A stretch of 64,000 nt of DNA from an uncultured Alphaproteobacteria bacterium. Its GTDB lineage: Bacteria > Pseudomonadota > Alphaproteobacteria > Rhizobiales > Xanthobacteraceae. The position numbers and the translations under genes are program-made. The stretch spans positions 315,371 through 379,370 of the forward strand of contig CAVZUL010000008.1 of assembly GCA_963778455.1 (NCBI GenBank). The letters run 5' to 3'. This document shows positions 10,518-20,298 of this stretch, piece after piece. Position 1 is the stretch's first letter, and every line of letters begins with the position of its first letter. The notes beneath the pieces are model-generated. The model searched no databases. It was not told the DNA's origin and saw only the letters and a program-made list of their open reading frames with translations.

Positions 10518-11036
10518 TCACGATCTCCCGAAGCAGGTCGCGGAGAATTTCTTCAAAGGCTCTGCCACGCCCGTCAGCGGCAGCTGCTGCGACTTGTCGC
10601 CGATCGTCACCGTCAGCGGTCCCTTCCCGTTGAGCATCGGCATGAACTCGGCGCGGAAGATTCCGAGCGCGCGGCTGTCGATATTGGTCTCGTAGCGGAA
10701 CGCCGGCTGGTTGGTCAGGTTGTCCATGCCCATGTCGCCGCGCACCGAATATCTCCGCCCCGCGTTGGTCAGCCCCATCACGACGACCGGCTTGCCGCTC
10801 GGCGCACCGATGCCGGTCGAGTAGATGCCGATCTCCTCGGAGTCGCGCAGGCAGGCAACGATGAGGTGGCGCGGTCCGCCAGCCTCCGGCGCATAGCTGA
10901 GGATCGCCCGCTTCGGCTTCACGTCGACCGACCAGCCGGCCGGAACATCCTGCGCCAAAGCAGCCGGCGCGAGCAGCGCCGCCGCAAGTCCAACCAATCC
11001 GATGCGTCGAGCCATTTTCCGAAAACCTTCGTCCAT
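10518..11036 (-). CDS. hypothetical exported protein
   Basis: The 172-aa ORF has a signal-like segment, MARRIGLVGLAAALLAPAALA. An alternative start is the 8th codon at 11015. I recognise no motif. Confidence 0.55.
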   Translation of the reverse strand: MDEGFRKMARRIGLVGLAAALLAPAALAQDVPAGWSVDVKPKRAILSYAPEAGGPRHLIVACLRDSEEIGIYSTGIGAPSGKPVVVMGLTNAGRRYSVRGDMGMDNLTNQPAFRYETNIDSRALGIFRAEFMPMLNGKGPLTVTIGDKSQQLPLTGVAEPLKKFSATCFGRS

Positions 11037-11143
11037 GCGCGATCAGGCGCCGCCTTGCGGGCTGTTTAGTGAACGAGGCTGAATCGGGCAAGTCGGCTTG
11101 GCGCTGCCGAGGCTTGGCGCCTTCTGGCCCGTCCCGCTGCGAT

Positions 11144-11443
11144 TCACGCCCGCTTTGCGGCCTTTGCGAACTGCCCGGTCTTCACCGATCGCGACAGCAC
11201 TTCGTTCACACGCCCAGTCCAGCCCGGCCCGCTCTTGCGGATCGCCGAGATCACGTCCGCGTCGAGCCGCAGCGTGATTTGTTCCTTCGGCTTCTCGACA
11301 CGGGGGCGCCCGCGGCCGCGCTTGATCAGCTTGTCGCCGATATAGAAGTCGGCACGATCAAGCATTTCCTCAGTCAGTTCCGGCGCATCGTCGGGATCAA
11401 CCCAGGCGGTTGCGGTAGCGTTCTTCTTCCTTCCCATGTCCAT
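11144..11443 (-). CDS. brnA: BrnA-family antitoxin (DUF4415-like)
   Basis: The 99-aa ORF contains DDAPELTEEMLDRA...RGRGRPRVEKPKEQITLRLDADVISAIRKSGPGWTGRVNEVL, the BrnA pattern. Its start overlaps the 3' end of the brnT reading frame. Confidence 0.8.
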   Translation of the reverse strand: MDMGRKKNATATAWVDPDDAPELTEEMLDRADFYIGDKLIKRGRGRPRVEKPKEQITLRLDADVISAIRKSGPGWTGRVNEVLSRSVKTGQFAKAAKRA

Positions 11444-11666
11444 ACCTCATCGAAATGATGTGACGCGCGTCGCCGCGCGGCGTCCAGATCACCATTACAA
11501 ACCGGCCATCAAGATAGCCGGGCGTGATATAGCGCTGCTCGCGCTATCCGGGCCGGCTCTCGATGATCGCGTGCGGACCGGCGAACACCTTCGCAGCGTC
11601 GGCGAAATCGATGCCTCGCTCGGCAAGCGTTCGGTCGCGCTTCGCTGGCGTGAAGCTGATCTTCAA
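11397..11666 (-). pseudogene. brnT: BrnT-family toxin (DUF497-like) with an in-frame TAG at codon 41
   Basis: Not in the ORF track. The minus strand read from TTG at 11666 gives (M)KISFTPAKRDRTLAERGIDFADAAKVFAGPHAIIESRPG-TAG-REQRYITPGYLDGRFVMVIWTPRGDARHIISMRYGHGKEEERYRNRLG, then a stop at 11397-11399. The TAG corresponds to plus-strand cta at 11544-11546. Confidence 0.7.
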
Positions 11667-11734
11667 GTTATTTATTGTAACGCCAAATAATCGTCATGTC
11701 CAGAGATAAATGTAACGCCATAAAAACCGGCGCC

Positions 11735-12625
11735 CTAGTTGATCAGGCCGGCATGCACCATGGCCTCGCGCACAGCCGCGCGAGCCTTCTCGCTTGCCGG
11801 CACCATCGGCAGGCGGACGTTCTCCGAGCATTTGCCGATCAGCGACATCGCGTATTTGACCGGCGCGGGGCTCGTCTCGATGAACAGATTGATGTGCAGT
11901 GGCGCGAGCTTGTCCTGGATTTTCAGCGCGGCCGCGAAATCGCCGCGCCCGCACGCCGCCTGGAACTCGGAACACAGGCGCGGCGCGACGTTCGACGTCA
12001 CCGAAATGCAGCCGTGTCCGCCGTGGGCATTGAAACCGAGCGCCGTGATGTCCTCGCCCGACAACTGGTTGAAGTCCGCGCCACATGCAGCGCGTTGCTG
12101 CGAGACCCGCGCCATGTTGGCGGTCGCGTCCTTCACGCCGGCGATGTTCTTCAATTCAAAGAGGCGCTTCATCGTGTCGACCGACATGTCGATCACCGAG
12201 CGCGGCGGAATGTTGTAGATGATGATCGGAATCCCGATCGCGTCGTTGATCGCCTTGTAGTGCTGATAGAGACCTTCCTGGGTCGGCTTGTTGTAATAAG
12301 GCGTGACCACCAGCACCGCGTCCGCGCCCGCCTTCTCGGCATGCTTGGAAAAATCGACCGCCTCATGGGTGGAATTGGAGCCGGCGCCGGCAACGACCGG
12401 AACCCGTCCCTTGGCCTGGTCGACGCACCACTCGACCACGTGTTTGTGCTCGTCATGGGAAAGCGTCGGGCTCTCGCCTGTGGTGCCGACCGGCACCAGA
12501 CCGTTGGTGCCCTCGGCAATTTGCCATTCGACCAGATCGCGGAACATCTGCTCGTCGACCGAGCCGTTTTTGAAGGGCGTGACCAGCGCGGTGAACGATC
12601 CCCGGAAGTTCGTCTTGGCGGCCAT
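11735..12625 (-). CDS. dapA: 4-hydroxy-tetrahydrodipicolinate synthase
   Basis: The 296-aa ORF contains [12 protein letters not shown]...[19 protein letters not shown]...[13 protein letters not shown]...YNIPPRS, the DapA signatures. Confidence 0.92.
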   Translation of the reverse strand: MAAKTNFRGSFTALVTPFKNGSVDEQMFRDLVEWQIAEGTNGLVPVGTTGESPTLSHDEHKHVVEWCVDQAKGRVPVVAGAGSNSTHEAVDFSKHAEKAGADAVLVVTPYYNKPTQEGLYQHYKAINDAIGIPIIIYNIPPRSVIDMSVDTMKRLFELKNIAGVKDATANMARVSQQRAACGADFNQLSGEDITALGFNAHGGHGCISVTSNVAPRLCSEFQAACGRGDFAAALKIQDKLAPLHINLFIETSPAPVKYAMSLIGKCSENVRLPMVPASEKARAAVREAMVHAGLIN

Positions 12626-12932
12626 GGCACACTCCTAAGCTCGACTGTCGCGCGGGCGGCGCGGCTTTCCCCGAAACTATCGGTTTGCCAGAGCGGACGG
12701 AAGTGCGCGGAGGCGGCGAATTGATGCTCTCCCCCGTGTTTACCCGCATGGCGGCCCCGGCCCCATCGCCTAGCTTTCGCCGCGGTTCGTCCGCATGGTC
12801 GCGGACGACGGTGGGTTAGCAATTCGTCAATGGTATTCGGCGGACAACAGTGACCGGCGCTGGCCGGCCGCTAGGGTCAGTGGAACTTTCGGGTGCGGTC
12901 GGCACGGCCGCGCGAGGGACGCAGGGGACGGG

Positions 12933-15329
12933 ATGCCTTTCAAGCGCTGCTTTTCGCGCCGGCTGCTTGGGTGTGCGATTGCGCTCGCGCTAAGCGCGCC
13001 CGCGTTCGCCGCCAACCCGACGGCGAAGCCCGCGAAACCCGCCGTGGCAGCCCCCGCCGCGGACAAGAAGGCCGCGAAGGCAAAGCCCGCAGCGACGAAG
13101 ACGGCGAAATCGAAGTCTGCGAAGGCTGCAGCCAAGTCTGCCAAGTCTCTCACCAAGTCGGCCAAGAGCGCACCGCTGCCGCGCGCGCGGCCCGCCATCA
13201 TGGTGGCATCCACGGTGCCGATGGTGCCCGCGAGAGCCGCGCTCTCCCCAACGCCGATCCTGCCAACCACGAGCTTTTCACCGATTGCGCCGGCGGCTGC
13301 CGCGACCCTGACCCTGCCTGCCCCGAGCGCCGTGGCACCGGCGCAGCCCGCCTATGTGCCCCCCACCCGCACCGCCGCCCTTCCGGCGTCCCCGCTGGTG
13401 GCCGCGGAAAGTCCAGCCACACCGGCCGCTGACATCGCGCTGGTCAAGCAGGCGACCGAGCTCGTCCGCCGTGGCAAGACCAGCGAGGCGACTGCGCTGC
13501 AAAAATCGATCGGCGATCCCCTCGCGCGCAAACTGATCGAGTGGACCATCGTGCGCAGCGACGAGAACGATGCGGGGTTCGACCGGCTCGCCGCATTCAG
13601 CATCGAGAACCCAAGCTGGCCGAACGCCATCATGATCCGCAAGCGCGCCGAAGGCGCGCTGTGGGACGAACGGCGCAGCGCCGATACCGTGCGCGCGTTC
13701 TTCGCCGGCACAAAGCCGATCACGGCCAAGGGCAAGTTCGCGCTCGCCCGCGCGCTTAACGCTCAAGGGGACGCGGCTGCCGCGGCGCAACTGGTGCGCT
13801 CGGCCTGGCGCGAGGACACCTGCTCGGCATCGGTCGAGAAGGCCGTGATGGAGTTGTTCGGTGGCATCCTGACGCGGGCGGATCACAAGGCGCGCATGGA
13901 CCGCCGCTTCTATGACGACGAACCTGATGCAGGCATGCGCATGGCGCAGCTGCTCGGCGGCGCGGACCTGCTGATCGGCAAGGCGCGCAAGGCGGTGGTG
14001 GAGAAGTCCTCGAACGCCCGCGCGCTGCTCGACGCCGTGCCGGAGAGTGCGCGCAACGACGCGGGCTACCTTTTCCACAAGGCGCAATGGCTGCGGCGCG
14101 AAGACAAGCCGATCGAGGCGGCGCGCCTGCTGCAATCGGCGCCGCCTAGCGCGTCGCAGCTGCACAATCTCGAGGAATGGTGGACGGAGCGCCGGCTCGT
14201 CGCGCGCAAGCTGCTCGACGAGGGTGAACATCAGGCCGCCTACGTGGTCGCCCGTGATGCGCTGCCGCCGACGAAAGATAATCCGCGCGCCGAGCACGAA
14301 TTCACCGCCGGTTGGATCGCGCTGCGCTTCACCAACAATCCGCAGGCCGCCTATCAGCACTTCGCGAGGGTCGGCAACGGCACTTCCAACCCGATCACGC
14401 TCGCACGTGGCGAATACTGGCAGGGCCGCGCACTCGAAGCGTTGGGACGCAACGGCGAGGCGCGCACGCACTATCAGGCGGCCGCCCAGCACTCGACCGC
14501 GTATTACGGGCAAATCGCGCGCGCGCGCCTTGGGATGGGCGAACTTGCACTGCGCCGTCCGCCGGACATGGGTCATCGCGCGGCGCTGATGAACCTCGAA
14601 GTCGTGCGCGCCGTGCACCTCCTCTATCAGGCCGACGCCCGCGATCTGGTGATCCCCTTCGTGACCGATCTTGCCGAGAACGCCCTCGATATCGGGGCCC
14701 TCGTGGTGGTGGCGGAAGTCACGCGCCGATATGGCGATGCGCGCGCGACGCTGCTGGTCGGCAAAGGTGCGCTGCGGCGCGGATTTGCGCTCGAGAGCTA
14801 CGCCTTCCCGACCAACGGCATTCCGGACTTCCGCATGGTCGGACCGACGGTCGACAAGAGCGTGGTGTATTCGATCGCGCGTCAGGAAAGCGCGTTCAAC
14901 CCGCGCGCGGTGTCGAGCGCCAATGCGCTCGGCCTGATGCAGGTGCTGCCTGGCACCGGCCGCCAGATCGCCAAGAAATTTGGCTTCGCATTCGATCGCA
15001 ACCGCATGCTGTCGGATGCGGCCTACAACGCCCAGATGGGCGCAGCTGAGCTCGGCGACGTGCTGGAGAGCTATCGCGGCTCATACATCCTCTCATTCGT
15101 CGCCTACAATGCGGGGCGCGGCCGCGTGAAGCAGTGGATCGAGCGCTACGGCGATCCGCGCGACCCGAACGTCGATCCGATCGACTGGGTCGAGCGCATC
15201 CCCTTCTCCGAGACGCGCAACTACGTGCAGCGCGTGCTGGAGAACATGCAGGTCTATCGCGCTCAACTCGGTCAGGGCTCGCGCCTGATGATCGAGGCGG
15301 ACCTGCGCCGCGGCTCCACCGCCAACTGA
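12933..15329 (+). CDS. Slt-family lytic murein transglycosylase with a long Ala/Lys/Pro-rich N-terminal region
   Basis: The start is ATG 12933 (MPFKRCFSRRLLGCAIALALSAPAFA signal). The C-terminus has ARQESAFNPRAVSSANALGLMQVLPGTG and AYNAG, the SLT catalytic motifs. An AKP-rich low-complexity stretch spans about 13010-13400. Confidence 0.85.
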   Translation: MPFKRCFSRRLLGCAIALALSAPAFAANPTAKPAKPAVAAPAADKKAAKAKPAATKTAKSKSAKAAAKSAKSLTKSAKSAPLPRARPAIMVASTVPMVPARAALSPTPILPTTSFSPIAPAAAATLTLPAPSAVAPAQPAYVPPTRTAALPASPLVAAESPATPAADIALVKQATELVRRGKTSEATALQKSIGDPLARKLIEWTIVRSDENDAGFDRLAAFSIENPSWPNAIMIRKRAEGALWDERRSADTVRAFFAGTKPITAKGKFALARALNAQGDAAAAAQLVRSAWREDTCSASVEKAVMELFGGILTRADHKARMDRRFYDDEPDAGMRMAQLLGGADLLIGKARKAVVEKSSNARALLDAVPESARNDAGYLFHKAQWLRREDKPIEAARLLQSAPPSASQLHNLEEWWTERRLVARKLLDEGEHQAAYVVARDALPPTKDNPRAEHEFTAGWIALRFTNNPQAAYQHFARVGNGTSNPITLARGEYWQGRALEALGRNGEARTHYQAAAQHSTAYYGQIARARLGMGELALRRPPDMGHRAALMNLEVVRAVHLLYQADARDLVIPFVTDLAENALDIGALVVVAEVTRRYGDARATLLVGKGALRRGFALESYAFPTNGIPDFRMVGPTVDKSVVYSIARQESAFNPRAVSSANALGLMQVLPGTGRQIAKKFGFAFDRNRMLSDAAYNAQMGAAELGDVLESYRGSYILSFVAYNAGRGRVKQWIERYGDPRDPNVDPIDWVERIPFSETRNYVQRVLENMQVYRAQLGQGSRLMIEADLRRGSTAN

Positions 15330-15378
15330 TTACAAAGCACCGCCCCTCGCCTATGCTTCCCCCTTTGGGGGAGGCCGG

Positions 15379-16302
15379 ATGGTGGACGTTCTCGCCGCAG
15401 AAGCAGACGCTCACGATACAGGCTTTCTGAGCCGGTTCGTCAGTGCACCCGATGGGCTCCGGCTGCACGTCCGTCGCTATGGCGAGCGTGGACGCGGGCT
15501 GCCGATCGTGTGCCTGCCGGGTCTCACCCGCAACGGGTCCGATTTTCACGAGATCGCGACCGCGCTCACGGCCGATGCCGCGCAGCCGCGTCTCGTGATC
15601 ACGATCAATTCACGCGGCCGGGGGCGCTCCGACCATGACCGCGACCCGGGCAACTATTCCCTCCCGGTCGAGCTTGCCGACGTCCTCGCGGTGATCACGG
15701 CGCTGGAAATCGGCCCCGCGATCTTCCTTGGCACCTCGCGCGGCGGCATCCTGACGATGCTCCTCGGTGCGGCCCGACCGGCGGCGATTGCGGGCGTGAT
15801 CCTCAATGATATCGGACCGGTGATCGACCCCAAGGGGCTGGTGCGGATCAAGGGCTATGCCGGCAAGCTGCCGACACCGCGCGACTTCACGGAGGGTGCG
15901 GAGATCCTGCGCCGGCTCGGCGATGCGCAATTTCCGAACCTGCCGCCCGAGCATTGGCTGCGCCAGGCGCGGCAGACCTGGCGGCAGGAAAACGGCGGGC
16001 TGATCCTGTCGTACGACCCGAAACTCTCAAGAACTCTGGAAGACGTCGACGTCGAACGCCCCCTGCCCCCGCTGTGGGCGCAGTTCAACTCCCTCGCGCG
16101 CGTGCCGCTGATGGTGGTGCGCGGCGGCAACTCGGACATCCTCTCCGCCGCGACCGTGGATGCGATGCGCGAACGCCGCCTCGATATCGACGTGCTCGAA
16201 GTGCCGGGCCAGGGTCACGCGCCGCTGCTCACCGAGCGCGACGTGATTGCGCGGATCGCAGCGTTCGTCACGCTGTGCGACGTGTCCGCGCTCGGATTCT
16301 GA
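15379..16302 (+). CDS. alpha/beta-fold hydrolase
   Basis: The 307-aa ORF has a nucleophile elbow (FLGTSRGG) and a C-terminal GQGHAP histidine region. Confidence 0.75.
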   Translation: MVDVLAAEADAHDTGFLSRFVSAPDGLRLHVRRYGERGRGLPIVCLPGLTRNGSDFHEIATALTADAAQPRLVITINSRGRGRSDHDRDPGNYSLPVELADVLAVITALEIGPAIFLGTSRGGILTMLLGAARPAAIAGVILNDIGPVIDPKGLVRIKGYAGKLPTPRDFTEGAEILRRLGDAQFPNLPPEHWLRQARQTWRQENGGLILSYDPKLSRTLEDVDVERPLPPLWAQFNSLARVPLMVVRGGNSDILSAATVDAMRERRLDIDVLEVPGQGHAPLLTERDVIARIAAFVTLCDVSALGF

Positions 16303-16784
16303 ACGCGCCGGCACCTTCGCGGAGCCGAATCACTTCTGCACTGATTCGCGCGTTTTGATCATGAATCTGCCTTCGCGCGCTTTTTCGACCTCTTCCGGCG
16401 AAAAAAAATTCGCTTGTGAAAAACTGCCACCGCACCGCACGGGCGCCACTCGTCACAACGACAAACAATCGCACCCGCACGCAGCGAAATTCAGCGCGAT
16501 TGAGAAATTGTGGCAATCAAAAGACCCTTGATTCATGCGGGTTTCTGCATTGTCGTAAAAAAACGCGCGCCGATGGCCAAGTATTCGCCTGTGCATGAGA
16601 TGCGCGCGATGCTTTGCGATGTCATTGATCGAGCAACGTTGCGCGCACGCGCCGCCATTGCTCACTTTTCCTTAACGAGATTCGGAGTTTTTCATACCTT
16701 GCTGTAGTAATCGGAGTGCGATGCACGTCAATTCGGATGTGTATCGTTCCGATATCGCCACTCACTCACTGCTAGGAGGGCAGC

Positions 16785-16853
16785 ATGGCGAAGAAAGCGA
16801 AGAAGGCACCTGCGAAGAAGAAGAAAAAGAAGAAGACGAAGAAGAAGTACTAA
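16785..16853 (+). CDS. candidate 22-aa poly-lysine micro-protein
   Basis: Not in the ORF track. GGAGGG lies 5 nt upstream of the ATG. The translation is MAKKAKKAPAKKKKKKKTKKKY followed by a stop. It sits alone in an otherwise ORF-poor gap of about 900 bp (16303-17216). Confidence 0.4.
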   Translation: MAKKAKKAPAKKKKKKKTKKKY

Positions 16854-17164
16854 ACTTTGATTGAACGACGCGATCGACAGTGATGTCGACGCAGCGTCGC
16901 AAAGGCCGGCGAGGCCGATACCTAATCAGCGCAAATGCTGTTGCGGAGGCCACGCCGGCCCTAGTCGACGACGGAGGGCGTCGGCGAAACCGAGTTCATC
17001 CTTCACGGGTTCTGGTTTTTTGGTCCGGCAGGATCGTCGGACTTACAGGTTCTCGTTGGTCCGGCGCGCCGTTGCAGAACAGCGCGTCACTTGCGAGGGC
17101 GGCAAAATACCGGACGATCTCAGTTTCTCGCCGACGCCCTCGGTCTTTGGAGCTACCAACGCAA

Positions 17165-17190
17165 AGCCCCCGCGCCGTCACGCGGGGGCT
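17165..17190 (-). terminator. GC-rich hairpin downstream of the psiF-like gene (possibly bidirectional)
   Basis: The perfect 10-bp stem is agcccccgcg-ccgtca-cgcgggggct. It is followed on the minus strand by tttgcgtt. Confidence 0.6.
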
Positions 17191-17216
17191 TCGTCTTGCG
17201 CCAGGCCGCTTGAGCG

Positions 17217-17483
17217 TCAACCCTTCAGGCACTTGCTCATGAATTCGTTGTAGGCTTTGCGGCCCTTGACGTTCTTCGCTTTCTTTTCCTCACCCCACTT
17301 CGCCGCGCAGTCCTTCATCTTCTGCTGCTGCGGGGTCAACTCCTTCTTGGTCTCTTTCTTCGTCTCGTCCTTCTTCTTCGCCATTTCGGCGGCGGCCGGA
17401 CCGGCCGGCAAGATCAACGCCGCGGTCGTTGTCGTGGCGAAGAATGCGGCTGAGAATACGATGGCGAGTGCGTGTTTCAACAT
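17217..17483 (-). CDS. PsiF-repeat family small secreted protein
   Basis: The 88-aa ORF has a signal peptide followed by TPQQQKMKDCAAKW...KGRKAYNEFMSKCLKG, the PsiF repeat pattern. Confidence 0.75.
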   Translation of the reverse strand: MLKHALAIVFSAAFFATTTTAALILPAGPAAAEMAKKKDETKKETKKELTPQQQKMKDCAAKWGEEKKAKNVKGRKAYNEFMSKCLKG

Positions 17484-17578
17484 GGCGAGAACCCCCTGAG
17501 TGGCCCGATCGGGCCACTCAGGTTAATGCACCGGCAGGGCTCGGCATAGCGGCTTTGAAATCCTGGGCTGCCTCGACC

Positions 17579-18016
17579 TCAGTTGGCCTTGGTCCAGGTC
17601 TGGCTCTTGCAAACAAGCCCGCCCAGCGCACAGCCTTGCAGCTGCAGCGAGTTGCCGCCCGCATAGGTAAGATTGCCCGAATAGGTCTTGCCGTCTTCCG
17701 CGTTATAGACCTGTCCGGTCCATTTGCCCGCGCTCGCCGGCTTCATGCCAAGCACGATCTGCGTACCGATCAGCGGCCGCGAGCGTTTCGCCGCATCGGA
17801 ATTGTTCTTGTCGGTCTTCGGCTTGCCGGTGTCGGGATCGTTCGGCTCCTTCAGCCACACGATCGTGCCGCACAAGGCGCCGCCGCAATCAGCCACCCGG
17901 ATGCGCGACGTGCCGGTCTGCGTCAGCCACATGCCCATCGGGTCGGCCGCCAGAGCGTCCTCGGAGCCTGCGAGCGCGAGCACGGCGGCCAGCGCGAGAT
18001 ATCGTCCAATCCTCAT
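17579..18016 (-). CDS. DUF2147-like secreted protein
   Basis: The 145-aa ORF has a signal peptide and then GMWLTQTGTSRIRVADCGGALCGTIVWLKEPNDP...RPLIGTQIV...GQVYNAEDGKTY, which matches my memory of DUF2147. Confidence 0.75.
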   Translation of the reverse strand: MRIGRYLALAAVLALAGSEDALAADPMGMWLTQTGTSRIRVADCGGALCGTIVWLKEPNDPDTGKPKTDKNNSDAAKRSRPLIGTQIVLGMKPASAGKWTGQVYNAEDGKTYSGNLTYAGGNSLQLQGCALGGLVCKSQTWTKAN

Positions 18017-18365
18017 TTCGTTGCTCCGTCCTTATAGCTTCCACCACCAGCGTTCTTGCACACTCTCTTGGGCGGAGAAAAGGCGCACGTGAGGTGCCGC
18101 GCTCTCGGGCCGTGGTTACCGGCTGGCCAACCAGAACGGTTAGCGGACCGTCATCGAATCGCGGAAACCCGCGTCATTCCGGGATTTCCGCGCTGTCCGC
18201 GCCGCCAGTCTGGCGGCGTTCTTCACCCTCAATTCATCGCAAGATTTAAGCCCGCGTTCAAAGCTCCTGCCCAATAGTCACGTGGCTCGTATCGCTCAGG
18301 ACGATGCGGGCGGGGACGTAACGCCTCATGGGGATGAGGCGCGAAGGGGATAAGGGGAGGCCAAA

Positions 18366-18674
18366 ATGGCCGGTTACGAATTCGCCGATTCAGATAGCGC
18401 GGTGCTTGCCGATGCAAGCGGCGAAGCACTCTACCAGCTCGGCATCATGCATGCGTCCGGCCGCTCGGCTCCGGCCGATCTGGTGTCGGCGCACAAGTGG
18501 TTCAACATCGCCGCCATGAAGGGGCACGCGGAAGCCGCGCGCATGCGCCGCGAGATCGCCGCCGAAATGACGGATGCGGAGATCGGACAGGCCCAGCGCG
18601 CCGCGCGCGATTGGCTCAAGAGCCACGCCGACGCCGCGCCTGCTGTGGCACCGCAATTCCGCGCGGCCGCTTAG
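18366..18674 (+). CDS. Sel1-repeat protein (small)
   Basis: The 102-aa ORF contains ALYQLGIMHASGRSAPADLVSAHKWFNIAAMKGHAEA, a single clear Sel1/TPR-like unit. It has no signal peptide. Confidence 0.7.
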   Translation: MAGYEFADSDSAVLADASGEALYQLGIMHASGRSAPADLVSAHKWFNIAAMKGHAEAARMRREIAAEMTDAEIGQAQRAARDWLKSHADAAPAVAPQFRAAA

Positions 18675-18676
18675 CT

Positions 18677-20266
18677 CTACTTCGCCGACCAGCCGGCCTC
18701 CTGGCCGGCGGCGACCGCAATCCGCATGAAGACGTCGCGCCAGTCGCCGTCCGTGGCCTGACGGAACAGACGCGCGGTCGGGTACCACGGGCAATCGTCG
18801 CGCCCGAGCAGCCAGCGCCAGTCGGGAACCTTGCGCAGCGCGACGAAGATCGGCCGGCCGAGCGCGCCCGCGAGGTGCGCGTTCATCGAATCCGACGCCA
18901 CGATCAGGTCGAGGCTGGCAACCAGCGCGGCGGTGTCGAGGAAAGCCGTTTCTCCCGTATCGGAGGGATGGAGCACCTGTTCGATCCGCCCGCGGAACGG
19001 CACGGTAGCGATCTGCTCGGTGCCCGGACGCTTCTGCAGTGAGATCAGGCGCACGCCGGGCAACTCGCCGAGCGGCGCGAAGGCCGCAAGCGGAATCGAG
19101 CGGCCCTTGTCGTGGATGAACGTCAGGCTTCCCTGCCATGAAATGCCGATCTTGAAGCCCGGCCCGAGGCGCGTGCGCCATGCGGCGATGCGCTGCGGAT
19201 CCGCCGCAAGATAGGGACTCGCCGCCGGGATGGCGTCCGGCGCGATGCCGAGGATACCCGGCACGCTCACCAGCATCTGCCAGCGCAGCGGACCCATTGT
19301 GGCGAGCTCGTTCGAGTCGGTGACGATGCACTCGATGCCGGCAACGCTCGCGAACATCGACGCATAGGCGGGTTGCGTCGCGATCGCGACGCGCGTGCCG
19401 GACTTGGCGAGCTCGGCGGCAAATCGCGCGAACTGGATGACGTCGCCCCGCCCCTGCTCTGTGAACAGTACGAGGAGATCGCTGCCGAGCGGCTCGCCCT
19501 GCCAGCGCGGATAGGACGGCGGAACGAATGTGCGGGTGGTGTCGAGACTTCGCGCGGTCAGCCGTGAATCGTAGTGCGCCCAGCCTTCGCGCCAACGCCC
19601 ATGCAACAGCTCGACCAGAGCGGCGTGATAGCGCACGTCATCGTCGTCGGGAGCAAGCTCGAGGGCGTGCGCAAGGTCCGCGAATGCGTCATCGAACCGG
19701 CCCAGGCGGTTAAGCAGATAGCCGCGGTTGGCATAGGCGTGAACGAGATTTGGATCGAGCGCGACGGCGGCGTTAAAGTCGACCAGCGCTTGCGTGTCGC
19801 GGTCCTCCAGCATCAGCGCCGTGCCACGCGCATGGCGCCCCAGCGCATGATCCGGGTTCAGTGCAATCGCCCGGTCGAAGCTATCGATCGCCTGGCCGCG
19901 GCGCCCGAGAGACAGCAGGGTAAGAGCACGGTTGAACCAGCCTTCGGCAAAGGCCGGATTGGCCGCGACCGCGCGGTCGAAACCATTGAGCGCAAATTCG
20001 GCGCGGCCGAGCTTCTGCTGCGCGAGCCCGATGAGGTTGTGCGCGGAAGCATATTTTGGGTCGATCTTGATCGCCTTGCGGGCAAGCTCGATCCCGTCGG
20101 TCAGACGGCCCTGCTGGCAGTGAACGGTCGCCAGAAGGAACAGCGCATCGACGTTTCTCCTGTCCTCGCCCAGCACCTGTTCATAGCGCGCGGCCGCCTC
20201 GGACAGCTGTCCCTGCCGATGCAAGGACGTGGCCTCTTGCATCAGGAATGAAGGGGGGGCTTTCAT
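18677..20266 (-). CDS. TPR-repeat protein fused to a glycosyltransferase-family-9 (heptosyltransferase-like) domain
   Basis: The 529-aa ORF has about 6 TPR units in the N-terminal half. The C-terminus reads IGISWQGS...IPL..FAPL..PGVRLISLQK...LDTAALVASLDLIVASDSMNAHLAGALGRPIFVAL...DWRW, resembling a GT9 fold. Confidence 0.75.
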   Translation of the reverse strand: MKAPPSFLMQEATSLHRQGQLSEAAARYEQVLGEDRRNVDALFLLATVHCQQGRLTDGIELARKAIKIDPKYASAHNLIGLAQQKLGRAEFALNGFDRAVAANPAFAEGWFNRALTLLSLGRRGQAIDSFDRAIALNPDHALGRHARGTALMLEDRDTQALVDFNAAVALDPNLVHAYANRGYLLNRLGRFDDAFADLAHALELAPDDDDVRYHAALVELLHGRWREGWAHYDSRLTARSLDTTRTFVPPSYPRWQGEPLGSDLLVLFTEQGRGDVIQFARFAAELAKSGTRVAIATQPAYASMFASVAGIECIVTDSNELATMGPLRWQMLVSVPGILGIAPDAIPAASPYLAADPQRIAAWRTRLGPGFKIGISWQGSLTFIHDKGRSIPLAAFAPLGELPGVRLISLQKRPGTEQIATVPFRGRIEQVLHPSDTGETAFLDTAALVASLDLIVASDSMNAHLAGALGRPIFVALRKVPDWRWLLGRDDCPWYPTARLFRQATDGDWRDVFMRIAVAAGQEAGWSAK

Positions 20267-20298
20267 GGCCGGAATTCAACGTGCGAACAGTGAACGGG

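Noticed and set aside
13278-14618. 446-aa minus-strand ORF
   Set aside because: It is antisense to the Slt transglycosylase gene, has an Arg-rich composition and shows no motif. It is a shadow ORF.
16762-16953. 63-aa poly-serine ORF on the minus strand
   Set aside because: It is simply the reverse complement of the polypurine (Lys-codon) tract, and it has no SD. The plus-strand micro-ORF with GGAGGG is the better candidate.
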